A stretch of 64,000 nucleotides of DNA, taken from NCBI GenBank assembly GCA_016748015.1, contig JAAOMT010000718.1:1-64000 (forward strand). The letters are read 5' to 3'. This document shows positions 1 to 12,564 of the stretch, piece by piece. Positions within the stretch are counted from its first letter, which is position 1; the number at the start of each line of letters is the position of its first letter. The position numbers and the translations under genes are program-made. The notes under the pieces were generated by a model. The model did no database searches, was not told where the DNA came from, and saw only the letters and a list, made by a program, of their open reading frames with translations. The stretch comes from Geosiphon pyriformis uo1 (taxonomy: Eukaryota > Fungi > Glomeromycota).

Positions 1-58
<58 letters not shown>

Positions 59-101
59 GTCTCTCTCTGTCTCTCTCTGTCTCTCTCTGTCTCTCTCTGT
101 C

Positions 102-176
<75 letters not shown>
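1..176. repeat. (CT)n microsatellite with interspersed CTGT units, inside an intron of the CSC1-like gene
   Basis: Directly visible; runs off the window start. Confidence 0.97.
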
Positions 177-181
<5 letters not shown>

Positions 182-198
182 TTAATCGAATTATAAAG

Positions 199-1543
199 GT
201 GGTAAATGTTCTTCTGGTCACTACTTTTGCCAATGGAATTTTCTCCGCCATCGCTGAACTTACTCGTAGTAGGTTTTTGACCATTCTAGTCATTTTCCTA
301 AACATCCAATTGATTAGGGGTTTATTTAATTTTCTAATTTTGATTTCTATCCTCATTTTACGAAAAGCTCCTTCCAAAGCTCTTGATATCCTTGCAGGTA
401 TCTTAATTCAAAAGATTGCATTTTATTCGTTCAAATAATGCGCATATAAAATTTTAAGCCACACTTCCTCGCTCAAAATAAAACAGAAAACCTACCGTTA
501 GCAGCAACTTTCTTCATCACCTACGTTTTGCTTACTTTCTCCAAGGCCGCATTGGAATTATGTCAAGTGGGCCCATTAATCGTAAACTACGTACTTAAAC
601 TTTTTGTGGCAAAAACCCCACGACAAATTTGGATTTTAGAGAAGAAAATGTCGGCAATGGATTGGGGTAATTAACTAATCATATCATATCAAAGTTTTCA
701 CCCAATTTTGCAATCCCATTTAATCAATCTCCTTGGTAATTTTTAGGAACTGCATTCCCACCTCATACATTAATCGCTTGTATCGGTGTTATATATTCGA
801 CGGTTGCCCCATTGATCCTACCATTTGTCGCCTTTCATTTTATCCTCTACTATATTGCCTACATGTACAACTTCCTCTACGTATTTGATCAACCTGGTGA
901 TACTGGTGGATTACCTTTTAAAAAGGCCGTGTACCAAATTTATACAGGATTGTTTATTTTCGAATTGACGATGACCGGTTTGATGTTTCTGAAAAAGGCA
1001 TTTTTCCAAGGTACTACTGACATCTGTTAAATCTTTTAATCTGAAAGGGTATTCCGATTATTTTCACAAGTCTAATATCTAATCGTTCATCATTGTTTAG
1101 GCGTCGTGAGTATTGTTCTACTGGTGTTAACAATCATCCTGATGAACGCGACTCGATCTCTATTTCAGCACAACCCCTCCGTCGAATTCCTACCCGTGGA
1201 TCTGGCCGGTGTAGTGGATCGAAAGAAACGGGTACTAGTTGGGGAAAGTGAGTCAAGGGAAAGTCTGATCGCTGAAAAGGATGAACCAGCTGCCGAGCAG
1301 CCGCTCGAATTTTCCTCCCAACCACCTGCCGAAGATTTGGATCAAGATGCATTCACTCATCCTGCATTCCTCGCCAAACAACCGATTATCTGGTTACCAC
1401 AAGATCAAGCTGGAATCGCTCAAGCCGAAGTTGAAGCGTGCCAGAAAGATGAAGTGCTGGCCTCTACTGCGGGTGCTTCCCTTGATCCTAATACTTTAAA
1501 AGTGATTGTCGATGGGCGAGGTTTCCCAGAAGACCGAGAGTAA
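199..1543 (+). CDS. CSC1/OSCA/RSN1-like (DUF221) calcium-permeable stress-gated cation channel, 3' exons only
   Basis: GT-AG exons at about 199-268, 368-397, 487-667, 747-1010 and 1101-1543 splice in frame to VVNVLLVTTFANGIF...ENLPLAATFFITYV...AKTPRQ...DWGTAFP...IGVIYSTVAPLILPF...YNFLYVF...DTGGLPF, the RSN1_7TM signature. The 5' part lies outside the window. Confidence 0.88.
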
Positions 1544-3452
1544 TGAAGTAAATCGAGTTTGTTAACTAGGATGGGATTTTATAAAGTTATTACTTGGGTA
1601 AAGTGAACTGGGGTCTGAAATTTAAGATCAAACGGGGAGTCTTAATCTAATATGACTGTGAGAGGGGGTTAATTATCAGGGAACTATTATTTTTTATAAC
1701 ATCAATAGCACAATTATTGTAATTGTACAACAACGATATCATCATTAGCATCAGCACTATCATCAGCATCATCATCAGCATCAACAAGATTTTGAATTTC
1801 AATAAGTCTTGCTTCAATTTGACTATTAAAGTGGGGAGACTATGTCTCTTTTATTCGATTTTTCAATTTCAATTTATCGAGTTTATTTTAACTTGTTTTA
1901 TATTATATTACTGTTATAGTAAAAAAAAATTTTACATTAAACTTTTGACTGGAAGTCAATTTATAAATTTATTATGAGGGTGTTGCAACAAAATCATACA
2001 AAGTAATCAAATGAATTTGGCAAGTTCTTTCTCCAACGGAAATTCTGAGTTTAAAATTTAATTAATAGATTTAATAAGAATAACTTTTTATTCAGAAAAA
2101 GCTTTTCTTTGACAAACAAAAAGTTTTCCATATAAATTTAACTCTTTTGAATTTATACTATTTTATTTATTTCTTAATGAAAAAGCAAAAAGATAATAAA
2201 ATACAAAGTTTCTATTTTTTAAAAATAAGTTGTAATTTGCCAAAATGGTAAAAATTTTTTGTGAAAACAATATATTTTTTTTAATAAATAAAACTTAAAT
2301 TAAAAAATATTTAAATAAAAAATTCAGAATTACTAACTATAATCAATTTTAACTGATTGGTTAATTTATAAAATTCAATAAAACAGAAATAATAATTATT
2401 ATAATTTTAATTTTAAGAATAAAAATATAAAAAATAATTATTAAAATATCTTATAACAAAATTAAACAAAGTAAATATCAAATAATTGTGAGTTTAATAA
2501 TTAAAAAATGCTATTTTACTTGTATTTTGGCAAATTTTTTTATTAATATCTAGTATAATATTACTGTTATTTTATTTATAATCAAAATAACTGGTATTAA
2601 TCATAAAGATAATATTTTTTATCTTAAATTTTAATATAATATAAAATTTTTTGACAATATATTTGCTTTTATAATGTTTAAAATTTTGTTATTAATAGGT
2701 TATACTTTATTTAATAATTATTATTTTTGTAATTTATATTTAAAAAATAAATTAACAATTAATTTTTAATTTTTTAATATTTTACTTGTTTTAAAAATAA
2801 ATTTATTAGTAAAATTATAATAAATATTTTTATTTTTTATTTTCTATATTAATTTTTTAACCAATTTTTTTTAAGTTTTTTGATTAATAATAATAATATT
2901 ATTAAGTAAATAAATCTTAGTAAATATATTTATAATTTTTATATTAATATATAATTAAATCTATTTTGATTTTTTTGATAATTATTTTAATCTGTTTAAA
3001 AAACTGTTATAATTTGTTTAATATTTTCTTTTATATAATAATATTAATTATTTTTTAATTTATTCTAATATTGTTTTAATATTTTTTATATTTAAACTTA
3101 TTTATATATAAAAATAAAAAAATTTGTTGGTTTTTAACAGTTTTTTAATAAAAATTTTCAAGAAATAACTTATTAAATAATATTTTTTATTGATTTTTTG
3201 ATTTTTTAAAAAATTAATAATAACATATTTATTTATTTTTAATTAGTTAAACTCTTTAAATTTTATATATAATATTTAATAATTATTATTATATAAGCTT
3301 TAATTTTAAAATAATAATTTTTTTTTTTATTAAAGTTTAATGAATGGAGTTCAAATGCCACCTAGTGCTATACATCATACAAATGATCTAAACTAGGTGC
3401 AAATCATGTTTTTGCTACACGTGACCAGACACTCTGACTGGTCAGAACAACA

Positions 3453-6400
3453 CTACACACTTATATGAACAGAAGCCATGTTACCAACACCTGCATAAAA
3501 CAAACAATGCTTATGATATCCAAAACTGATGCCAAGTGCATCAGCAACATTCAACAATCTAATCATCCCAGCCGAAAGCCACATAGAAAAACCAGAAACA
3601 GCAACAGAAATAGAACCATCATGTGGAATCAGCTTATTTTTTTTCATAATGGCCCGGTGTTTCACATGGACCAGCCAGATATTATCATGAAATGCAAGAC
3701 AAAACTTACGTACAAAATTCACAACATTGACCACTGCCACCTTAGGATTCTTGTAAACAGAAACAGACTTGCAATACCAATCACTAAAAACAAAGCCCTT
3801 ACACAGGGCTGTACTGACAGTTACATCCAAAATGCAACTGCGATATGCACGAAAAAGAACGAGACAGACCAGAACACACCTTCCAGACAGCTGCATAAGT
3901 GTCCAACAAACCAGTGTGACTATCAGTATCAGAAGAGCAAAAAAAAACATGGTCTGAGACTTCAACCTTACCACAGAACAAACAAACTACACTGGGATAA
4001 CCCTTATCATACAGACACTTTTGCACAACAACAAGAAGACAATGATGAAGGGCTTTTATAAAATATGTACAAAAGCCAGCTGTTTAAATACTAGTAAAAC
4101 CAGTCACCATGTGAGAATCCAAATGCCACACCAGAGAGGATCTCAACCAGTCAATATCAGCATACAGACAACCTAGAACAACCTGAGAACCAGAACCAAC
4201 CTCCCAATGCGTGCGATTAATAGACCTGAATATGTTATAAACAAAATGCCTCGAATTACCAGAAACTGTATTAACACCAGTCTTTAAAAACCTCTTATTG
4301 ACCAAGTGGAGCAGGTGCCAGGCAGAAAGGGCAACATCCTTAGCAAGCGCATCAGCCTGCTTATTGCCTGAAACACCCGAATGGCCCTTAACCTTAATCC
4401 AATTAACATTCAAATTTTTGTGACAAATAGCATTGGCAATGTGACGACGCTCAATCCAACAACGATTCCTGAAATCAGGACCAACAGATAAAAACTCCGA
4501 CCTGCAAGCATCTAAAGCCGCCTGGCTGTCCGAAAACAAGTTAACTGAATGAAAAGAAGGAACACACTCAAGAGCTAAAGCAATGGCCTGCAACTCCACC
4601 AAAGTAGAAAAAACCAAACCAGAAACCGCTACACCTAGACCTGAATCAATGTTCTCAAAAAAAACCGCAGCACCAGCCAACACGTCAACAGTGCCCAAGT
4701 TACTTAGAGATCCATCTGTGTATACAGAGAGGTGGGTGGTACCAACATTCAACAGATCATTACAAATAACACCAAAACCAAGAGACTGATGGATGTCAGA
4801 AGAACCACAAACACCCTCATAAGAAAAATGACCAGAAGAAGAAGCCACACCACCAAGAAAATGTACAGAGAGATCAAACCAGGAGGGGACCGGATCATGG
4901 AGGTCCAGTCTTTTCCAATGCTTGAAAGTCTTCCAATCAAAAACAATGCCATTTCAGTCACAAAGCTGTTCTATAAAAGCTATACTATAACACCTGAGAG
5001 AAGAGACACATTTGAAGAAAATTGTCTTGCTGAGAACTAGAAACATAGGAGTACTGCTCTGAAGATGAAAAGCACTGGCCAGAGAGCCACCCAGAAACAA
5101 ATCACACCCAGAAAAAATACAAATCACACCTGCCAAAAAGTTGTTTGAAGAGCTGATTCTAACACAAACAGGAAACAACAAAGAGTGATGAGAACACCAG
5201 CTGAGAACCTGGAGATCGTAAAACCTATGAGAAAACAAACAACCCAAAACACCAACCGAATTTGCAAAAGCAATAACAGAAGCCGATTTGCTCTCAGCCT
5301 GAATCTGCTTAAAAGTTTTTAAATTGTATAAGGAAAGATGATGAGGCACATCATTGAAAAAGTCCAAAGGCAGTCCAGATTTAGACTTCAGGCCCTTGCA
5401 AATCAAAGCATCCCATTTATTACACACACTGAGAGGAATAAAACTGAACTGAGTTCTATAACTGATGATAAAAAAGAGAACTGAAGACACCAAATAAGCA
5501 AACTGTTTATCTGAAATAGCTTTTCTCAGAATGAGATTGACAAAAAACCGAACATCTGAATGCACTTTAACCAAGCTAGGCTTCAAAAAACCTGCAAAAG
5601 ATAAAAAAATCCCCAGATAATAATGAGGTTCACCTCTTTTAGCGATGGAAATTGGCATATTACTGATAGTTAGGTAAGGAGCAGTGACCCAACAGTTGAT
5701 AGAAATGGCCATAGGCTTGTCATTGTTTATTGAAATGTCATTTAAACGAAAGAAATTACTAGCAATATTGAGGATGTATTGTATAGCAGCCTGGCTGCTA
5801 CTGACCCAGATAGTATCATCAACAAAAGCACCAGCAGCCAGAAACAATATCAGCCCAGCTTAAGATTCCACCCAGCCAGTCTTAGAAATGAAATGAGAAA
5901 TCAACCTGTAACCACAAATGCTCTCCTGTCTCTTAACCTCACACAAAAGCAAGTCATAAAATATGCACCAGAGAAGTGGCAAAAAAACTTTCCTCTAATC
6001 TAATCCATCATAAACATGATATTCATCAGTTAAACCAAAATCTGTCATCACTCTGTTAGTGCAACCATTATGAATGCTACCAAAAAATCTGATAAATTTG
6101 TCACACATTTTGATCCTGATCAAACTCCTCTTGAGATGCTTCCAACCAACAGAATCATAAGCTTTGCACATATCCTGTAAAACCAGCCACAATTCTTGGT
6201 TCTTTTCCAAAGCATCTTTAATCACTGAACCAATAGCAAAGATAGGTGATTGAATAGATGTATCTTTCAGAACAAAGAAATTGTCCCCATAGAGGACATC
6301 AAAAGTGCTACAAGCCAGAGAGATTTGATCTGAAAGAATTTTAGAAAGGACCTTGCGAGCTGTTTTAATCAAAGCAATAAGACAGGTATTTGTAAAAACC

Positions 6401-8130
6401 CCCTCCCACTTGTAAGATTTAGGAATCATCGAGACTCAGGCTTCCCTCCAAGGTCTAGGCACTAACTCACAACCCAAACAAAAATTTAAGAGCACCAAAA
6501 GCATATCCAAGACTGACTTGTCACAGTGTTTTCAAAGTTCATTAGTGATACCAGAAAGACCAGCCACTTTCCCATCGGGCAAATTTGAAATAATACCAAA
6601 CATCTTATCAAAACCAATTGAATGCATTACATCAGAGAAGGCACCATCAAAGACATGATTCAAAGGCCGAAACTGCCTTGCCCAATTACCAGAGATATCA
6701 GAAGCCACTACACATTTCCTAGTCCAACCCTCCATGATTCCTTCCACCTTAGATTTAACCAAATCAGGCTCCAAAACCAACTCCCCACTATCCACCAAAT
6801 AATCCAACACTACTTTACAAAAAGGACACTCCAAAACACTTCTAATGGTGTGACTTTTATTTACATCAAAACTCTCTATTCTCCTCTCAATAGCCTGCCT
6901 TATATGAGATTCTTCAGCATGCTTAGATTCCAATAACTTAGAAGAGCAATAAGACTTCTTTGTCTTAGCCAGCTCAGAACAAATTGCATCAAAACTGGTG
7001 TCAGAAAAAAATAGAAATTTCACTGACAAAGTGCCCACAGAATTAAGTCTGTTCCAAATATCCAACAACAAAGCAAAATCCCCACCAGAAACCAACTGAG
7101 AAGTCTTCACCAGTTTAGACACAAGTAGTTCCAGTTTATGAAACCAGGAAGACACCTTATTAAAAACACAATCGAAACTTTTAAACCATTTTTTCTTGAA
7201 CATTCCACCAGCCAAAAGAATCATAACCTTATGAACAATGTCTCATATCGTATCTAGATCAGAAAACTGCTTAGCTGTAACAAACTCATTCGAGAACATA
7301 ACAGCATTAGCAGCCGTAGCAACCCTGAATTCTGACCACTTAATCTCACTGGCATTTTTGATATCATACTTCCAACAATCTCTATTAGCTTGTTTGTGCA
7401 GTGAGTTCAACTGGACATCAAGCAGGCCACCCAGACCCACAGAAACATAAACAGCCTTGTAATTAGTATCAAAATAGTCCTCAATGCCATCCACACCACA
7501 ATCCACCACCATACCAACCAAATTAGAAGAAATAAACATGTAGTCAATTGTCTTAGTGATACCATGAGAATTGTACCAAGTAGGTAACTTCACAAAAGAG
7601 CTCCCCTCCAGAGAGTTAATCAAACCCAAATCAAAACACTTTTTGAAACTGGCACATTTGTGTGAACCATCCTCATTAAAATTACCACCAAGAATAACAA
7701 AAAAAGACTCATTAACAGCTTTAGCAATGAAAGAGTTGATTTTACCAGCCTGAGAAAACTGAACCACTGATGAAGCACCAGTATAGAACCCCAAAATAGA
7801 CACTGAAAGTTTATTTTTGAAAAGAAACTTGATGGATAGAAGCTGACCAAGCACTTTAGAAACCTTACAGACATGTTTTTCTAAAGAAGAATTTACAACA
7901 ATTAACACCCCAGCACCCAAAGAACCAGAATCCAGACCAAAAGTAAAAACCTGAACACCATCAAATTTGTTAGTCAACCATGGACAAACTTTCCCTTTAA
8001 GTTTCAACTCCGTAAAAATAGAAACCAAATTGTTCATATCCTTATGTCAACAAATGACATCATCTTGCTTCGCAGGATTGTTCAACCCATGAACATTACA
8101 CGTAGCAATTTTTCATACTAGACCACTCAT
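3453..8130 (-). pseudogene. LINE A ORF2 (endonuclease/reverse transcriptase/RNase H), broken by stop codons
   Basis: ORF-track pieces 7243-8037, 6532-7224, 5995-6429, 4954-5847, 4084-4848 and 3799-4026 share one frame; one frameshift near 3830. Confidence 0.92.
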
Positions 8131-9893
8131 TAAGAAAGAGGTAAAGGAAGAGCACCACCTGCCAAAGCCAAACCATCCAAGCATGCTAAAAGGATCATGA
8201 CTGAAGCAGAGAGACCTTCCAACATGTTTTCCAATTTCACAACCTCAGGTGAGACAGTTGAACCCAGAATGGCAGCAGTCTTGTCACTAGTGGCATCACC
8301 CAAATCCACTCCCATCACTATATCCTCCCCTTAATTCTGTGATGGGAGGATCACTGGCAGCTGACATCCAGAGCTAGGCTGGGAAACTGCCAGCATGAAT
8401 GATTCTAACCTCTTAGCCAACTCACCAATTTGTTCCGCAAGACTAACAAGACTGCTTTCAATGTAAACCAAACGTTTTTCCAAATCATCTGCAGCAGAAA
8501 GGAGAGGTTTACCAACATTGTCAGAACCAAGAAGTGAACCAGTACCATGAAAATTGTGCACTAGAGGAGCACCAACAACTGATGCCCAAGTTTTACCACT
8601 GAAGGCCAATGGATGAGAAATGGGCGCGGATTTCCAAGCATAAATAGTCACCAATTTGACCTGATCCTGAGCAGAAAGAGGTGTTTTTCTGCCCCTCAAG
8701 GTTGAACCAACCTTAACCAAAACACAATTAAGAGATGTATGACCAGAAAGACCACAGACTGAGCACAGTGCCAAAGAGAGGTGGGACCAGCAAAGACCAA
8801 TCCTTTTTATAACTGGAGTTGCAGCCATTGCACTAACCAGATCAGATTCAGACTTGAAGCAAACAGTAGCACAGCAAGCACAGGTGTAGCTAACAGGATT
8901 ACAATCAATAACACATGTTTTCCCACCAACCAAACCAATGAAATCTCAAAGATCATGAGCATTTGTTCCTACAGAAAGAGTGTATAGCAGTGCCCTGAAT
9001 TCATCTCTGGAATCCCATGTCTGTTTGTCAACATCGGCCCTGGCCACACATATTGCATCCTTTCCAATGAAGATAGACTATTTGGATGCCAAGAGATCAG
9101 CCTGATTCTGATCTTTTAATTTGACAATGGCTTTTTGCCACAGACCCACAAGTTGTATTTTGATTGACTTAATCAATCCAAACTCAGACACGGCAGTGCG
9201 CACAGCCTCCATGGAAGTTCCCACAGGAATTTCTTTCATCACAATTGCCCAATTCATACGGTTGTTCAAAGGATGCTTGAGATTAGTGTTTACCACAACA
9301 CCACAATCATTTGCCAATTTTCCAGCAGCTATTCTTGCCTTTTCCAAAGTAAAAGTTGCATGAATAATTCCACCAAATTTTAAGGGAGTAGAAGCCCCCC
9401 CAAAACCATTCACACTTGAAAAAAATTTTCTGATAAAACTCAATTTTTCCTGAGAAGACTTCCTAGCAATGGCCATAAGATCAATATCTAAAGCAAAAGA
9501 TTTGCAAACAGGCACTTGAATGGTCAGTTTGATAGGTAAAGGGGGCAGGAGAAAAGAGAAATCATCTAACACATCATTATCTGTATTGACAGTATCATAA
9601 TCAATTACACTCAGAGGCTTCCCTAACACCTTTTTGGTCTTTACACGTAAACTCTTTGGTGTCTGATTAGAATCCCCTTCTACAAAAGCAACCAAACACT
9701 CTTTCTTCATGTCAATACTTTCAAACTCAGTAGTGTCACCTGTTTCAGAACTCCATGAACGAGCACTAGGAGCTTCAACAGCAACCTTTCTATTACCAAT
9801 ATCTTCTGCCAATACACTTTCCTTCCTCTTTTTTCTCAACACAACCGCCTTGAAACCACTCTCAAAACCAGAAACTTTAATAGTCTTCTTCAT
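8127..9893 (-). pseudogene. LINE A ORF1 (RRM-like region, CCHC zinc knuckle, coiled coil)
   Basis: Pieces 9078-9893, 8331-8933 and 8130-8318; homologous to ORF1 of copies C and E. Confidence 0.85.
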
Positions 9894-10593
9894 AATAGCA
9901 ATAACAGAGTCAACAGTGGCCTCGTAATCGAAGAACGGTTTTGATTTATCATACTGAATGGTAAAAAAACTTCTTTCGAAAAAACTTTTGACTCTTTTTT
10001 GGAAATTTTGGATGAAAGAGAGAAAGAAGTTTTTTTTTTTTAATTAAAATAATAATTAACAAATTTTTTTTATAATAATTAATTAATAAAAAACAGTTTT
10101 ATTTAGATTAACAAATTTTTTTTACAAATTATAATAATTAAATTTTAATAAAAATTATTAGTAATATTAAATTAAAATTATTTATTGTTTATAATAATTA
10201 TTTTACTCATTTATTATTATTAAATACTAATAATTTTAAATACTAATAATTTTAAATATAATATTTTTAAATTTATCTTTTACAAATAAACAAATATTAT
10301 AATAAAAATATTTTTATTATTATTAATATTAAAAATAATAAGTTTTTAATTTTTTATAAGATTTTTAAAACTTATTTATATTTAATAACTTTTAAAAGTA
10401 TGTTATTAAATTAATTAAAATATTTAGATATTAAAATTTATTATTATTATTATTATTATATTAAACTTTATTTAATTTGATAATATTAAATTTTTTTATT
10501 ATATCTGTAATATAATTTATATAATTTATTATTGTTTTGTAATAAAGCTTTTTAATTAATTTAAAGTTATTATTATATTTAAATTTAATATAA

Positions 10594-11809
10594 TTGGCTG
10601 CTTTGGATGTATGCAAATCAGAATCCATGTTAACTTATCTGGATTTCAGGAATCGGTGTTAGATTGAGTGTTGCCATATTGCTAATATCATTCATCACAA
10701 GAATTTGGATGTTAATTGGGTTAAAGTTAGAGGTTACTCTGATGTCTTGGACAATGAGTGTGTTAACACTTTTGCTGGAGCTGCTGCATTCTCTGATATG
10801 TATCTTCTTCATATGATCGATAAACATTTTCTCAGGGCTGGTAGTACTACAGTGTCCAGTAGTTCTAGGCATTTTGTTCATGGTGTTTTCTGATCTGTTT
10901 ACTGTGCACACTGGGAAGTTAGTTCTGGTTCTCAGATTTTGGTGAATAGCTTGTGTGCTGATGTTGATTGGTCTAGATTTTCTTTGGTGTGGCATCTGGA
11001 CTTTCATTTGGCTGCTAGTTTCACTAATACTCAGACTGCTGGCTTTCAAATGTATTTTATGAAGGCATTGCATCATCATCTTCTGATTGCTGTACATAAA
11101 TGTCTTTATAATAGGAGTTATCTCAGTGTGATATGTCTATTCTGCAGCAATGTTGAGGTCTCAAACCATGTGTTTTTTTGCCCATTTGATGCTGCTGATT
11201 ATGCTCGGTTAGTAGAAGTTCATGTATCTGCTTGGAAGGCATGCTTGGGTTTATTTTGCTCTTCTTTGTGTGTTTTATATTTGCTTTTTACTTGCATCTC
11301 CAATGTTGTTGTTGGCACTGCTCTGTGTAAAGGCTTTGTTTTCAAGAAGTGGTATCATGAATCTGTTGCTGTTTTTAAAGACTATAAGGTTGTGGCTCAG
11401 AATATTATGGTCTTTGTGTGTGAGTTTTGTCTTGTGTTTCATAATAATGTTTGGCTAGTACATGCTAAGCACCAGACTGTTATAGAGAAAGGTGACATGA
11501 TCCTGCGTGATGATTCTGTTCCTGTTTCAATCTTTGGTCTTTTTTTAGTGCTTTTGGCCAGTATAGTTAAGTTGTTGAGTATTGCTGATGCATTTGGTAT
11601 TAATTTTGGATTTTGTAAATCTTGTTTATTTTTTTCAGGTGTGGGTGACATAGTTTCAGTACATATAAGTGCCTAGTGTTGTCTTGATTAGTCTGAGTGG
11701 GTGGTCATGTGTAGAAAATGCATAATTCACACCTAGTTTAAATTATTTGTATGATGTATTGTACTAAGCTGTATTTGAACCTCACTCGTTAAATTGAATA
11801 AAAAAAAAA
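10594..11809 (+). mobile_element. LINE copy B, 5'-truncated (end of RNase H, C-terminal Cys finger, 3'UTR, poly(A))
   Basis: VNWVKVRGYS, CLFCSNVEVSNHVFFC, ALCKGF; 3'UTR matches copies A and E; A-run 11800-11809. Confidence 0.92.
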
Positions 11810-12564
11810 TATAATTAAAAATTATAAATTTAATTTAATACTTTATAATATTTACAAATTACCAAGTACAAATAAAATTAAAAAATAATTTTGTTTTTGT
11901 TTTATTTATTTATATTATTATAAATAATTTTTAAATGTTTTTTATTTTTATTTAATTGTTTAATTTTATTAAAAATTAAATCAAGTATATTATTTATATT
12001 TTTTTTAAAAAGTTTGTTTTTATTAAAAATATAATTTATTTGTTTATGTACTATTTTATTTTAAATACCAAAAAAATATGTTTTGTAAATATTAAGATAA
12101 TATATTTTGCTAATTTACTAATTTAAATAAAAAAATCAAATATATTAAACTTAATTATAATTTTAATAAATATTATATTAATATTATAATATAATATATT
12201 ATTATTTAATATAAAATAATTTTAATTAATAACTTTTTTGTTTTTTTATTAATTTGGTGTTTTTTTTATAATAATTGTTTAACTTAGCTTTAAACAAATA
12301 TTATTTATATTTTTTTAATAAAACTTAATTTTTTTCTTTTTTACAAGCTTTAAATTGTAAATTATTTTATAATTATTAATCGATATTATATAAATTAATT
12401 TAAATATTCATAATTTAAATATTTAAAGTTAATTAATATCATAATTTGTAAAATATATTATATTTAAAAACACAAAAAGTATTATTATTTTTTAAATTAG
12501 TTAAAAAATTACAATAAACAGACTTGTAATTTATTTTTGTTAATAAAAAAACAATTAATTAAAA

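Larger units (their letters stand above)
3318..10029 (-). mobile_element. LINE copy A, near full length (about 6.7 kb), degenerate: ORF1 plus ORF2 (APE-RT-RNase H-Cys finger)
   Basis: Poly(A) tail seen as a T-run at 3318-3328; ORF2 fragments with APE (KIATCNVHG, GGNFN, TIDY), RT (LQDMCKAYDSV, AFVDDT), RNase H (YTDGS, ELQAI, SDSQAA, KVKGHSG) and CLFC...HVFFC; ORF1 has a CSVCGLSGHTSLNC knuckle; many nonsense changes. Confidence 0.95.

Noticed and set aside
398-486. CSC1 intron with donor GTATCTTA as a U12 intron
   Set aside because: Canonical AG end and no convincing U12 branch site.
1735-1790. ATC/AGC trinucleotide run and ORF 1723-1977
   Set aside because: Low-complexity sequence downstream of the CSC1-like stop, probably 3'UTR.
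3465-4061. Long antisense ORFs over the LINEs (also 12647-13204, 10630-11097, 18212-18634)
   Set aside because: Shadow frames of ORF1/ORF2 with K/T/N/Q-biased composition and no motifs.
5805-5835. FVDD instead of YADD in the LINE RT as a sign of inactivity
   Set aside because: Present in all three RT-bearing copies, and F/YxDD variation is known among RTs; a family trait.
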